64,000 nucleotides of DNA from Patescibacteria group bacterium (GCA_041651155.1 JBAZJU010000004.1:39427-103426), one strand, 5' to 3'. Numbered from the stretch's first letter, positions 1-9,570 are shown. Numbers and translations are program-made. The notes: generated from the letters alone by a model not told the origin.

Positions 1-2
1 TT

Positions 3-1685
3 AAAGAAAACAGCAATATGGCTTATTCCTTGCAAGGCTTGAATAATCATGTTGCTTCGGCTGTTTCAGCCCATTATTGGCTGCACAAAGTTTATCCGCA
101 AGAAGTCAGAGACGCACATTCAAATGCGGATATTCATATTCATGATTTGCAGACTCTGGCAGCTTATTGCTGTGGCTGGGATTTGCGTGATTTATTAATG
201 AAAGGCTTTGGCGGGGTAATGGGGAAGGTTTCTTCTAAGCCAGCTAAGCATTTTAGAACAGCTTTGGGCCAGATCGTGAATTTTTTTTATACCTTACAAG
301 GCGAAACAGCAGGCGCTCAGGCTTTTTCCAGCTTTGATACGTATTTAGCGCCTTTTATTGCTTTTGATAATTTAACTTACGGCGAAGTGAAGCAATGCAT
401 ACAGGAATTTTTATTTAATATGAATGTGCCAACACGCGTTGGCTTTCAAACGCCCTTTACCAATATAACGATGGATTTGATTATTCCAGACATGATGAAA
501 GACGAGCCTGTCGTGATTGGCGGTAAATTCCAGGATAAGACTTATAAGGAATTTGCCAAAGAAATGGATATGATTAATATTGCTTTTACGGAAGTTATGA
601 CTGCAGGAGATGCGAGCGGGCGTGTTTTTACTTTTCCAATCCCGACTTATAATATTACCAAGAATTTTAGCTGGGATAATGAAGTAGTTGATAAAATCAT
701 GGAAATGACAGCGAAATATGGCATCCCATATTTTTCCAATTTTATTAATAGCGATATGAAACCAGAAGATGCGCGTTCTATGTGCTGCCGTTTGCGCTTG
801 GATAACAGGGAATTAAGAAAAAGAGGCGGCGGACTTTTTGCGGCTAATCCTTTGACCGGCTCAATTGGCGTAGTGACTATTAATTTGCCGAGATTAGGCT
901 ATACTTCAAAAGATAAAGGTGAATTTATGGAAAAATTAGAGCGGATGATGAATATTGCTAAAACTAGTTTAGATATGAAGCGCAAGGTAGTAGAGAAATT
1001 TACTGACGATGGCCTGTATCCGTATTCCCGTTATTATCTGCAGGATATTAAAAGTAAATTCGGCGAATACTGGAAAAATCATTTTAATACCATTGGCATT
1101 AATGGGATGAATGAAGCGGCTTTAAATTTGCTTGGCAAAGATATTACCACCGAAGAAGGCCATAAGTTTGCAGAAGAAGTTTTGGATTTTATGCGGGAAA
1201 AATTAATGGATTACCAAAATGAAACCAATAGTTTGTATAATTTAGAAGCTACGCCTGGAGAAGGTATCACTTATCGCTTTGCCAAAATTGATAAACAGAA
1301 ATATCCGGATATTATTGCAGCCAATGAAAAATCTTATCGTGAAAGCGGGGCAGATCCTTATTACACTAATTCTTCGCATTTGCCGGTTGATTATACTGAT
1401 GACATTTTTGAAGCGCTTGATTTGCAGGATGGCCTGCAAACGCGCTATACTGGAGGTACAGTGTTACATGGCTTTATTGGCGAGAAATTACCAACCATTG
1501 AAGCAACTAAAAAATTGGTGAAAAAGATTGCAGAAAATTACCATTTGCCGTATTATACAATTACACCTACATTTTCTGTCTGTCCGGTTCATGGTTATAT
1601 TGCAGGTGAGCATTATTTTTGTCCAAAATGCGACGCGGAAATAGGTTATGTGGAAAAAGTTGGCAGTATCCATTCAGCGAGCTAA
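3..1685 (+). CDS. nrdD: Class III anaerobic ribonucleoside-triphosphate reductase, large fragment (5' truncated by window; lacks the C-terminal glycyl-radical motif)
   Basis: Frame open from window start (KENSNMAYSLQGLNN); HIHDL, SMCCRL, LEATPGEG, YYTNS and CPVHG...CPKC motifs; no YSRxxGY before the stop. Confidence 0.93.
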   Translation, partial: KENSNMAYSLQGLNNHVASAVSAHYWLHKVYPQEVRDAHSNADIHIHDLQTLAAYCCGWDLRDLLMKGFGGVMGKVSSKPAKHFRTALGQIVNFFYTLQGETAGAQAFSSFDTYLAPFIAFDNLTYGEVKQCIQEFLFNMNVPTRVGFQTPFTNITMDLIIPDMMKDEPVVIGGKFQDKTYKEFAKEMDMINIAFTEVMTAGDASGRVFTFPIPTYNITKNFSWDNEVVDKIMEMTAKYGIPYFSNFINSDMKPEDARSMCCRLRLDNRELRKRGGGLFAANPLTGSIGVVTINLPRLGYTSKDKGEFMEKLERMMNIAKTSLDMKRKVVEKFTDDGLYPYSRYYLQDIKSKFGEYWKNHFNTIGINGMNEAALNLLGKDITTEEGHKFAEEVLDFMREKLMDYQNETNSLYNLEATPGEGITYRFAKIDKQKYPDIIAANEKSYRESGADPYYTNSSHLPVDYTDDIFEALDLQDGLQTRYTGGTVLHGFIGEKLPTIEATKKLVKKIAENYHLPYYTITPTFSVCPVHGYIAGEHYFCPKCDAEIGYVEKVGSIHSAS

Positions 1686-1744
1686 TAAAAATATTTAAAT
1701 AAGTTTGTCTATTTTTAACAAATAGGCAAAACTGGGGAATTATT

Positions 1745-1885
1745 ATGAATACAAAAATGCAACGCACACCCTGTGAGGTGTATTCCCGAGTAGTCGGCTA
1801 TATTCGCCCTGTCAATCAGTGGAACAAGGGGAAAAGAGCAGAATTTGCAGACAGAAAAGAATATAACAAGCAGCTAGCCGGGTAA
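1745..1885 (+). CDS. Stand-alone 46-aa glycyl-radical domain of NrdD (not in ORF track)
   Basis: Hand translation MNTKMQRTPCEVYSRVVGYIRPVNQWNKGKRAEFADRKEYNKQLAG matches the NrdD C-terminal YSRxxGYxRP...WNxGKxxEF motif. Confidence 0.9.
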   Translation: MNTKMQRTPCEVYSRVVGYIRPVNQWNKGKRAEFADRKEYNKQLAG

Positions 1886-1923
1886 TGGTTCCTTAAAGGA
1901 GGACAGTCTAGTTCTTTAAAGAT

Positions 1924-2032
1924 AAAAACCAGTCCGCGCAGAAATTTTGGGTACAGTTAACCCATAAAAGCGTCAGATAATTTGGCACTCTTATGAGTTA
2001 ACTGTATTCTCCTTGCAGAGACTGGTTTTTTT
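1924..2032 (+). terminator. Long imperfect hairpin ending in a T-run (terminator with an inserted inverted repeat)
   Basis: AAAAACCAGTC...GACTGGTTTTT outer arms; inner TACAGTTAACCCATAAAAG / CTCTTATGAGTTAACTGTA arms. Confidence 0.55.
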
Positions 2033-2073
2033 AATTAAAATGAAACTACGAATAAGGATACCCGGCTAATTTA

Positions 2074-2108
2074 CAAACCTTCGTTCCGCATGGCGGGACT
2101 ACGGTTTG
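2074..2108. repeat. Dispersed TTC/TAC internal-loop hairpin element
   Basis: CAAACC-TTC-GTTCCGC-ATG-GCGGGAC-TAC-GGTTTG. Confidence 0.65.
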
Positions 2109-2216
2109 CAAAGGCAAATTCAATACAAATATTACAAATTAGTTTTTAGTAGTTTTGTAAATTATAAATTGGACAAATATTAGTATAATTAGTATTAAAT
2201 TAGTAAATTAGTATCT

Positions 2217-2912
2217 ATGTTAAAGATCGGCGGTTTGCAAAAAATAACTTTAATTGATTATCCTGGCCATTTAGCAGCTACGATTTTTTTAGCTGGCTGT
2301 AATTTTCATTGCGGTTTTTGCCATAACCCTGGTTTGGTAGAAATTAAACCCGGCCGAGAGTTTATTTCTGCCCAAGAAATTTTAGATTATTTATGCAAAA
2401 GAAAAGGGATTTTGGAAGCTGTCTGCATTAGTGGCGGTGAACCCTTAATCCAGCCGGATTTAAAGGATTTTTTAGCTCAAATTAAGTCTTTGGGTTATTT
2501 AATTAAACTGGACACCAATGGGTTTAACCCCGCTTTCTTAAAAGAATTACTAGCCCAGAATTTAATAGATTATATTGCCATGGATATTAAAGCTTCGCTT
2601 GCTAAATATGGGGAGATTACAAATGTAAAATCTGATTTTAAAAATATAGAAGAAAGCATCAAGATAATTTTGGCAGGGAACTTGCCATATGAATTTAGAA
2701 CAACTGTTTTGCCAAAATTTCATGACCCAAAGGAGATGGCAAAAATCGGGCAAATGATTACTGGCGCAAAAAATTACTATTTGCAAAATTTTAGAAATTT
2801 TAAAACTCTGGATCCCTCTTTTGCGCAAGAGCAGGCTTTTACCGAGGCTGAATTGCAAAAATTAAGAGAAATAGCCTTAAAATACGTTAAAAATTGTGAA
2901 ATCAGGAATTAG
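2217..2912 (+). CDS. nrdG: Anaerobic RNR activating radical-SAM enzyme
   Basis: GCNFHCGFCHN (CxxxCxxC), SGGEP, KLDTNG, YEFRTT; next to nrdD. Confidence 0.92.
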   Translation: MLKIGGLQKITLIDYPGHLAATIFLAGCNFHCGFCHNPGLVEIKPGREFISAQEILDYLCKRKGILEAVCISGGEPLIQPDLKDFLAQIKSLGYLIKLDTNGFNPAFLKELLAQNLIDYIAMDIKASLAKYGEITNVKSDFKNIEESIKIILAGNLPYEFRTTVLPKFHDPKEMAKIGQMITGAKNYYLQNFRNFKTLDPSFAQEQAFTEAELQKLREIALKYVKNCEIRN

Positions 2913-2938
2913 ATTTAAGATATTTGAGATGAATTAAA

Positions 2939-3244
2939 ATGACGATTTTAGAAAAAAAGATTTTATCTTTAGTTAACAAAATCCCCAAGGGGAAAGTAAC
3001 AACTTATGGCCTTTTAGCGTTAAAAATAGGTAATAGCCGTTTAGCGCGTGTTGTAGGAAATGCTGTACATAAAAATTTAAATATAATCGTGGTTCCTTGC
3101 CATCGGGTAGTCAAAAGTGATGGCCAGATCGGCAATTATCGCCTGGGTATTGCCAAAAAGACAGAATTGTTGCAAAATGAGGGTATAAAAATAAAGGCAG
3201 GTAAAATTTTAAATTTTACTGATGTCCTTTATAATTTTAATTAA
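2939..3244 (+). CDS. MGMT family methylated-DNA-protein-cysteine methyltransferase (short form)
   Basis: IPKGKVTTYG, ARVVGNA and PCHRVV active-site motif. Confidence 0.88.
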   Translation: MTILEKKILSLVNKIPKGKVTTYGLLALKIGNSRLARVVGNAVHKNLNIIVVPCHRVVKSDGQIGNYRLGIAKKTELLQNEGIKIKAGKILNFTDVLYNFN

Positions 3245-3296
3245 ATTTAAAGTTTAGTTAAAATCTGTCCAGGTTTTGACTATTAAAAGGAACTAT

Positions 3297-3524
3297 ATGA
3301 AAAAATGTAAAAAATGCGGGGCGCCTTTGGAAGGTTTTCTTTATAATACCATTGGCAAATTAATGGGCATTAAGCCATCTGCTTCAGATCCAGAAACATG
3401 TAATAAATGCGCTGAAGATAAGACTGAAGAAGCGCCAAAGGCAGAAGAAAAAACTCCAGAAGTTGCCACTCCAGCTGAACCAATAGAAACTCAAGCAGAA
3501 GAAAAAGAAGATACTTCACTTTAA
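3297..3524 (+). CDS. Small zinc-ribbon protein with an acidic disordered tail
   Basis: CKKC...CNKC followed by an E/A/P-rich tail; ATG at 3297 preferred. Confidence 0.6.
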   Translation: MKKCKKCGAPLEGFLYNTIGKLMGIKPSASDPETCNKCAEDKTEEAPKAEEKTPEVATPAEPIETQAEEKEDTSL

Positions 3525-3591
3525 AAATTTTTATTTAAAAAATTAAGGGACAGGAAAAATTTATTTTTCCTGTCTTTAATTGGGTAAAATT

Positions 3592-4857
3592 ATGTTTGCA
3601 CAAAATAATAGTCAGGAGAAAATTTTTTCTAAAAATTTAATAGTTTTGGTTTTGATTTTTAGTTTGATTTTTGGCGGTTTAGCCGGAGCAGGCACAACTT
3701 TTTTAATTTTAAATAATTCAGGCAAGGCGGGTATTTTAAATATTCAATCCCAAGAGCAGAATAATTCTAATTTGACTAATAATGCAGGCACCTCCGGCAT
3801 TGACTTAGAAGCGGCAACTATCAGCGCAGTTAAAAAAACTCAACCTTCAGTTGTCAGTATAATTATTTCCAAAGAAGTCAGCGCTGTGCAGACTCCCAAT
3901 TTTAATGATTTTTTCCAGCTTGGTTTTCCTTTTCAATTTAATTTTGGCGAACCTGCCCAGCCTGCTCCTTCTCAAGATCAAAAGCCGCAAAAGCAGGAGA
4001 TTGGCGGTGGTTCTGGTTTTATTGTTTCCAATGATGGCTTAATCATTACCAACAAACACGTGGTGGCAGATGATGCCGCAAGTTATACTGTTTTAACCAA
4101 TGATGGCAAAAAATATGAGGCTAAAGTTTTAGCCAAAGATCCAACAAATGATTTGGCGGTCATAAAAATAGAGGCCAAAGATTTAACCCCATTAACTTTA
4201 GGCGATTCTGATAATATTGAAGTTGGCCAAACAGTGATTGCGATTGGCAATGCCCTGGGAGAATATAGAAATACTGTTACCAGAGGTGTAATTAGTGGGA
4301 TTAACAGGACAGTCCAGGCTGGCGGCCAGGGATTTACAGAAACTCTGGAAGAAGCGATCCAGACTGATGCAGCTATTAATCCGGGCAATTCAGGCGGTCC
4401 GCTTTTAAATTTAAAAGGCGAGGTCATTGGCATGAATACCGCAATTTCCCAATCAGGCCAATTAGTTGGCTTTGCCATACCGATCAATGAAGCCAAACAA
4501 GACATAGAGAGCGTGCAAAAAACTGGCAAAATTGTCAGGCCATATTTGGGTGTGCGTTATGTTCTTATCAATAAAGAAATTGTTGAGGCTAATAAATTAT
4601 CAGTTGATTATGGCGCTTTAATTTCCCGAGGCCAGACAGCAGATGAACTGGCTGTGGTGCCTGGTTCTCCGGCTGATAAAGCGGGCTTGGTTGAAAATGA
4701 TATTATTTTGGAAATAAATGGCCAGAAAATTGATGAGAGCCATTCATTGGCCAGACTTTTGGCAAAATATGCGCCGGGCGATGAAGTTGAACTTAAGATT
4801 TCACACAAAGGGGAAGAAAAGACTGTTAAGGTTAAATTGGAGGAAAGGAAGGATTGA
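3592..4857 (+). CDS. htrA: HtrA/DegP-family serine protease with N-terminal TM and PDZ domain
   Basis: GSGFIV, TNKHVV, DLAV, QTDAAINPGNSGGPL; C-terminal PDZ (GSPADKAGL). Confidence 0.95.
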   Translation: MFAQNNSQEKIFSKNLIVLVLIFSLIFGGLAGAGTTFLILNNSGKAGILNIQSQEQNNSNLTNNAGTSGIDLEAATISAVKKTQPSVVSIIISKEVSAVQTPNFNDFFQLGFPFQFNFGEPAQPAPSQDQKPQKQEIGGGSGFIVSNDGLIITNKHVVADDAASYTVLTNDGKKYEAKVLAKDPTNDLAVIKIEAKDLTPLTLGDSDNIEVGQTVIAIGNALGEYRNTVTRGVISGINRTVQAGGQGFTETLEEAIQTDAAINPGNSGGPLLNLKGEVIGMNTAISQSGQLVGFAIPINEAKQDIESVQKTGKIVRPYLGVRYVLINKEIVEANKLSVDYGALISRGQTADELAVVPGSPADKAGLVENDIILEINGQKIDESHSLARLLAKYAPGDEVELKISHKGEEKTVKVKLEERKD

Positions 4858-4916
4858 TAAATTGTTAAACTGTTAAATGATTAAATTATTAAACTGATAA
4901 ATTGTTGAATTGTAAA
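4858..4916. repeat. Degenerate 8-mer tandem repeat (TAAAYTGT-like)
   Basis: taaattgt taaactgt taaatgat taaattat taaactga taaattgt tgaattgt. Confidence 0.6.
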
Positions 4917-4919
4917 AAG

Positions 4920-4949
4920 AACAGTCTCGCAATATGGGGCTGTTTTTTT
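4920..4949 (+). terminator. Intrinsic terminator after htrA
   Basis: AACAGTCTC...GGGGCTGTT plus T-run. Confidence 0.6.
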
Positions 4950-4981
4950 GTATAATATTAGCCACAAATGGGCCTTAATAC

Positions 4982-5010
4982 TTGACTGAATTATATAAAT
5001 ATGCTATAAT
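4982..5010 (+). promoter_or_regulatory. sigma70 promoter with extended -10
   Basis: TTGACT-17 bp-TATAAT with TG two bases upstream of -10. Confidence 0.75.
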
Positions 5011-5061
5011 AACAAATCTAGTAAATTAACAAGTAATAAGCTCAAAAATAGGAGGATTTGG

Positions 5062-5787
5062 ATGAGAAAATTTGAATTAGCCGATCTGGGCGGGTGCTTC
5101 CGCGAGGAAGTAGAACAAAATGGTGTTTTTGGAAAGATAATTTCTAGGCATCTCTGCGAAGTCCCCATCATTGATGGGGTATATGCCGATGAAAGATGCA
5201 AGGAACCGATTGCTCGTTTGGACGGATGCGTCGAAGATTTGCTTTCAGCCGCTGATCCAGATCTGGATGAGATTTGGACACTGGTAAAGCGTGAGCAAAA
5301 GGCCAGGTCTGACGCCATGAATCGGGAGCTTTCCGTATGGGATGCTCAAGCAGAGGCGGACTTTGACCGAGAGGGTGAGATGGAAGAACCAGACGAGCTG
5401 AGTTTTACAATCAGCGGGCGATATTTCGCCAACCTTGAAAAGCTCGATGAATTCATCGGAATCTCGGCCGATCTGCATTGGCCGAGTGATACCTGGTGTC
5501 CTGAGGAAATGAAGGAACCTGATCCCCAGGAACAATTTCCATTGCCAAAACGTCCCAAGCAGATATATGAGGAGGGGACGCCTCCGAGATTCATGGGTTC
5601 CTCTAGGCGGAATTGCGGGCGAAAGCCACGCGGCATTCAAAATTGCCGGGTGAAAATTCGCAGAGCCCGTCATGAGAAGAGGAATGAATTTCGATCTTTG
5701 GCAGAGGAAGAAATTATCGAGCAGGAATGCCAAATAGAAGAGGATTATGCTGCGGCTCTGGACTTTGCCCAGCATGGTCAAGTCTGA
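5062..5787 (+). CDS. Orphan 241-aa acidic protein in its own transcription unit
   Basis: Own promoter, AGGAGGA SD and terminator; visibly GC-richer than neighbours; no recognisable motif. Confidence 0.7.
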   Translation: MRKFELADLGGCFREEVEQNGVFGKIISRHLCEVPIIDGVYADERCKEPIARLDGCVEDLLSAADPDLDEIWTLVKREQKARSDAMNRELSVWDAQAEADFDREGEMEEPDELSFTISGRYFANLEKLDEFIGISADLHWPSDTWCPEEMKEPDPQEQFPLPKRPKQIYEEGTPPRFMGSSRRNCGRKPRGIQNCRVKIRRARHEKRNEFRSLAEEEIIEQECQIEEDYAAALDFAQHGQV

Positions 5788-5805
5788 CACTCATAACTTT
5801 ACGTG

Positions 5806-5840
5806 CGGCGCATTGATAATCAATGTGCCGCTTTTCTTTT
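5806..5840 (+). terminator. Intrinsic terminator
   Basis: GCGGCGCATTGA-TAA-TCAATGTGCCGC followed by TTTTCTTTT. Confidence 0.75.
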
Positions 5841-5929
5841 TAATTTAGCTCTTTTCAAAGGAGCTTTTTTTTGTTAGAATTAAGGTAAGTTTGAAAGTTA
5901 TAAAGTTTATAAAGTATAAAGAAAATATT

Positions 5930-6274
5930 ATGAAATTTGAACGATTTGAGGATATTATTGCTTGGCAAAAAAGTAAAGAATTAGTCATTTCTGCCTATGC
6001 TTGTTTTAAAGAATGCATAGATTATAGTTTTAGGAATCAAATACAAAGAGCTGTTATTTCAATTATGAATAATATTGCCGAAGGATTTGAGAGAAAAACA
6101 AACAAGGAATTTATAAGATTTTTATATATGGCCAAGGGTTCGTGCGGAGAAGCAAGATCAATGTTATATTTAGCTTTAGAATTAAAATATATTTCAAGAG
6201 AAGATTTTGAAAAAAATTATAATATGGCATTAGAAATTTCAAAAATATTATCAGGATTAATAAAATCTTTATAA
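5930..6274 (+). CDS. Four-helix-bundle protein (23S rRNA intervening-sequence / Avd-like family)
   Basis: FEDIIAWQKS, QIQRAVISIMNNIAEGFER and FLYMAKGSCGEARS signature; ATG at 5930. Confidence 0.9.
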   Translation: MKFERFEDIIAWQKSKELVISAYACFKECIDYSFRNQIQRAVISIMNNIAEGFERKTNKEFIRFLYMAKGSCGEARSMLYLALELKYISREDFEKNYNMALEISKILSGLIKSL

Positions 6275-6304
6275 ACTTTCTACTTTATAACTTTTTACTA
6301 AATC

Positions 6305-7399
6305 ATGAAAGAAGGAGAATTGATCGTAAAACTTAAAGATTTGCAGCAAAAAATAAAAGAAGCCTGGGGCTTTCTTGGCATTGAGGAAAAAATGCAGGAA
6401 ATTGAAAAATTAGAAGCCATGATGGGCAAGCCTAGCTTTTGGCTGGAGCAAGATAAGGCCAAAGCGATTAGCCAGAAAGCCAGTGATTTAAAAAAAGAAA
6501 CAGAAACCTGGCAGAAACTTAAAAAGGAAATTGAGGAAGCTTTAGAATTGGCAAAAATGGATGAGAAAGATCAGTCATTAAGCTTAAGGGAGGAAATTGA
6601 AAAAAAGTATCTGGAATTGGAAAAAGAATTTGCTGAATTAGAATTTTTCCTTTTATTTAGAGAGCCACATGACAAAAGCAATGCGATTTTGGCAATCCAT
6701 GCGGGCACTGGCGGAGTTGATGCCATGGATTGGGCAGGAATGCTAATGCGCATGTATTTGCGCTATTGCGACAAAAAAGGCTTTAAAACAGAAATTTTAG
6801 ATCAAAATTCTGGGTCAGAAGCTGGTATAAAAAGCGTAGTTATTGAAGTGACGGGAAATTATGCTTATGGCAATTTAAAATCAGAAAATGGCGTGCATCG
6901 TCTGGTGCGCATTTCACCTTTTGACGCAGAAAAAATGCGCCATACTTCTTTTGCCTTGGTTGAAGTTATTCCGGAAATTGACGAAGAGCTTGATTTGGAA
7001 ATTAAGCCAGAAGATTTAAGAATTGATACATATCGCGCGTCAGGCCATGGCGGGCAAAATGTGCAGAAAACTGAAACAGCAGTACGGGTAACTCATTTGC
7101 CGACAAAAATTGTAGTTGCTTGCCAAAGCGAGCGTTCACAAGCCCAAAATAAAGAGCGCTGTTTAAAAATTTTAAAATCAAAATTGCAAAAGCTGGAAGA
7201 AACAAAAATTGAAGCAGAAAAAAAACAGCTGCGCGGCGAATTTACAGAAGCTGTCTGGGGCAATCAGATTCGCTCTTATGTCTTGCAGCCATATCATCTG
7301 GTTAAAGACCATCGCACTGATTTTGAAAAAGCTGACGTAGATGCGGTTTTGGACGGAAATTTGGAAGGATTTGTGGAGGCATATTTAAAGCAAAAATAA
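6305..7399 (+). CDS. prfB: Peptide chain release factor 2, encoded in a single frame
   Basis: SPF motif (RISPFD), GGQ, ERSQ, WGNQIRSYV. Confidence 0.96.
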   Translation: MKEGELIVKLKDLQQKIKEAWGFLGIEEKMQEIEKLEAMMGKPSFWLEQDKAKAISQKASDLKKETETWQKLKKEIEEALELAKMDEKDQSLSLREEIEKKYLELEKEFAELEFFLLFREPHDKSNAILAIHAGTGGVDAMDWAGMLMRMYLRYCDKKGFKTEILDQNSGSEAGIKSVVIEVTGNYAYGNLKSENGVHRLVRISPFDAEKMRHTSFALVEVIPEIDEELDLEIKPEDLRIDTYRASGHGGQNVQKTETAVRVTHLPTKIVVACQSERSQAQNKERCLKILKSKLQKLEETKIEAEKKQLRGEFTEAVWGNQIRSYVLQPYHLVKDHRTDFEKADVDAVLDGNLEGFVEAYLKQK

Positions 7400-7401
7400 T
7401 T

Positions 7402-8346
7402 ATGGAAGGAAAAAGTAAAATTTTAGTCACGGGTGGCGCCGGTTTTATCGGTTCGCATTTAACCGATATATTAATCTCCGAAGGCTGCCGGGTTTATATT
7501 ATTGATAATCTTTCAACAGGACAAAGGCAGAATATTCATCCTGGAGCAAATTTTTTCAAATTTGATATTCAAGATAAAAAAGTTGAAGATTTGTTTAAAG
7601 ACATAGGTTTTGATTACGTCTTTCATACAGCCGCTCAAGTGAATTTGCGCAAATCAGTTGATAATCCTGTTTTTGACGCCAAGACAAATATTCTAGGCAC
7701 TTTGAATATTTTAGAAAACTGCCGCAAATACGGGATTGAAAAAATTATTTTTTCTTCAACTGGCGGAGCAATTTATGGCGAAGCAAAAATTGTTCCTACC
7801 CCGGAAACTTATGAAGCTAAACCTGTTAGTCCCTATGGCGTAGCCAAATTGACAATTGAAAATTATTTGTATTACTATCGTCGTGTATTTAATCTGAATT
7901 ATACTATTTTGCGTTATGCCAATGTTTACGGGCCACGGCAGAATAGTTTAGCCGAAGCTGGAGTAGTTTCAATTTTTATTAATAAAATTTTACAAGATGA
8001 ACAGCCGATTATTAATGGCGATGGTCTGCAAACGCGTGATTATGTTTATGTTGACGACGTAGTTAGAGCCAATTTGCTGGCAATGACTGTAAAAGATATT
8101 GGAATTTATAATGTGGCTACTGGCCAGCAAAACACCGTTAATCAGATTCTCAAATTAGTCGCAGCCGGTTTTTTTGATAAGAAAGTTGAAGAAAAGCATG
8201 GGCCGGCCATGCTGGGAGAACAGCGCATAAGCTGTTTGGCGATTGATAAAATTAATAAATATTTAAATTGGCAGCCCAAAATCAGCTTAGATCAGGGTAT
8301 AAAATTAACAGTTGAGTGGTTTAAACAAAATTATGATAGACAATAA
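7402..8346 (+). CDS. NAD-dependent epimerase/dehydratase (UDP-glucose 4-epimerase-like)
   Basis: GGAGFIG, YGVAK, RYANVYGPRQ, RDYVYV. Confidence 0.92.
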   Translation: MEGKSKILVTGGAGFIGSHLTDILISEGCRVYIIDNLSTGQRQNIHPGANFFKFDIQDKKVEDLFKDIGFDYVFHTAAQVNLRKSVDNPVFDAKTNILGTLNILENCRKYGIEKIIFSSTGGAIYGEAKIVPTPETYEAKPVSPYGVAKLTIENYLYYYRRVFNLNYTILRYANVYGPRQNSLAEAGVVSIFINKILQDEQPIINGDGLQTRDYVYVDDVVRANLLAMTVKDIGIYNVATGQQNTVNQILKLVAAGFFDKKVEEKHGPAMLGEQRISCLAIDKINKYLNWQPKISLDQGIKLTVEWFKQNYDRQ

Positions 8347-9007
8347 AGTTTGGATAATTATTCCAGCCCACAATGAACAAGAAAATATTTTTGGTGTAAT
8401 TAAAAGCGTTCAAGAATTAACGCCCAATATTGTAATTGTAAATGATGCCTCAACCGACAGGACAGGGGATATTGTTAAGGCTTTAAATTGCTATATGTTA
8501 GAACACATGGTAAATCGCGGCCAAGGCGCGGCTTTGCAGACCGGCACGGAGTTTGCTCTAGCCAATGGCGCTGAGATAATTGTGCATTTTGACGCTGACG
8601 GCCAGATGCAGGCCAAGGATATTTACCGCATCATTAATCCAATTTTAGACAGGCAGGCTGAGATTGTATTTGGCACGCGTTTTTTAGGAAAAAAATCAAA
8701 AATGCCCTGGACAAAAAAATATTTCATACTAAAACCGGCCATAATTTTCAACTGGTTTTTTACGGGAATTAAATTAAGCGATGCGCACAATGGCTTTCGC
8801 GCGCTTTCCAGAAAAGCAGCTGAAACGATTAAAATTACTCAGGATAACATGGCTCATGCCACGGAAATTTTAGATCAGGTCAGAGCGCATGATTTAAATT
8901 ACACTGAAGTGCCGGTAGAAATTGTTTACAATCAGTATGGTCAGAAATTTACTAGTGGTTTTAAAATTATCCGTGATTTAATTTTTGCGAAAATATTTGG
9001 AAAATGA
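8333..9007 (+). CDS. Family 2 glycosyltransferase (DPM-synthase-like)
   Basis: IIPAHNE, VNDASTD, NRGQGAAL, FDADGQ, DAHNGFRA. Confidence 0.9.
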   Translation: MIDNKVWIIIPAHNEQENIFGVIKSVQELTPNIVIVNDASTDRTGDIVKALNCYMLEHMVNRGQGAALQTGTEFALANGAEIIVHFDADGQMQAKDIYRIINPILDRQAEIVFGTRFLGKKSKMPWTKKYFILKPAIIFNWFFTGIKLSDAHNGFRALSRKAAETIKITQDNMAHATEILDQVRAHDLNYTEVPVEIVYNQYGQKFTSGFKIIRDLIFAKIFGK

Positions 9008-9086
9008 AAATTAATTTTTTAATTTCAAACTTAAATAAAAAATTTAATCCTTAATTATCTAGTTTCTAATTTCTTATTTCAAACCC

Positions 9087-9428
9087 ATGATTATTCAGAT
9101 ATTTTTAATCCTCTTTATAATTTACGTGGTGATTAAAGTCGCGCTTCGGTACCGCGATAAAATAATTTCTCTGCAGGAATTTGTGCTCTGGACGATTTTT
9201 TGGTTTTTGGTCGGTTTTGTGGTAATTTTGCCTGATACAACTTCAATGGTGGCCAATATAGTCGGTGTCGGACGCGGTGTGGATTTAGTGACTTACATTT
9301 CCATCCTTATTCTTTTTTATCTAGTCTTCAGGATATTGGTGCGAATGGATAAAATTGATAAAGATGTGACTAAGATTGTGCGCAAAATCGCCTTGGGATC
9401 CAAAGATGAGGAAGATGAGCAATCTTAG
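9087..9428 (+). CDS. DUF2304-like membrane protein
   Basis: Three TM segments, GVGRGVD motif, typical position after GT2. Confidence 0.7.
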   Translation: MIIQIFLILFIIYVVIKVALRYRDKIISLQEFVLWTIFWFLVGFVVILPDTTSMVANIVGVGRGVDLVTYISILILFYLVFRILVRMDKIDKDVTKIVRKIALGSKDEEDEQS

Positions 9429-9511
9429 AAAAACAAAAATCAAAATCCAAAAAACAAAACAATTTCAAAATTCAAAAGACAAAATAAATTCTAAATTCAA
9501 ATGACAAATGA

Positions 9512-9537
9512 CCTGCCTTCGCCAAGGCTACGGCAGG
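9512..9537. repeat. TTC/TAC hairpin element following a heptamer-repeat tract
   Basis: CCTGCC-TTC-GCC-AA-GGC-TAC-GGCAGG. Confidence 0.65.
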
Positions 9538-9570
9538 CAGGCAAATAATGAATATTAAAATTATTTAGGC

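Noticed and set aside
5930-6274. Diversity-generating retroelement (Avd-like gene)
   Set aside because: No reverse transcriptase and no TR/VR pair differing at adenines was seen.
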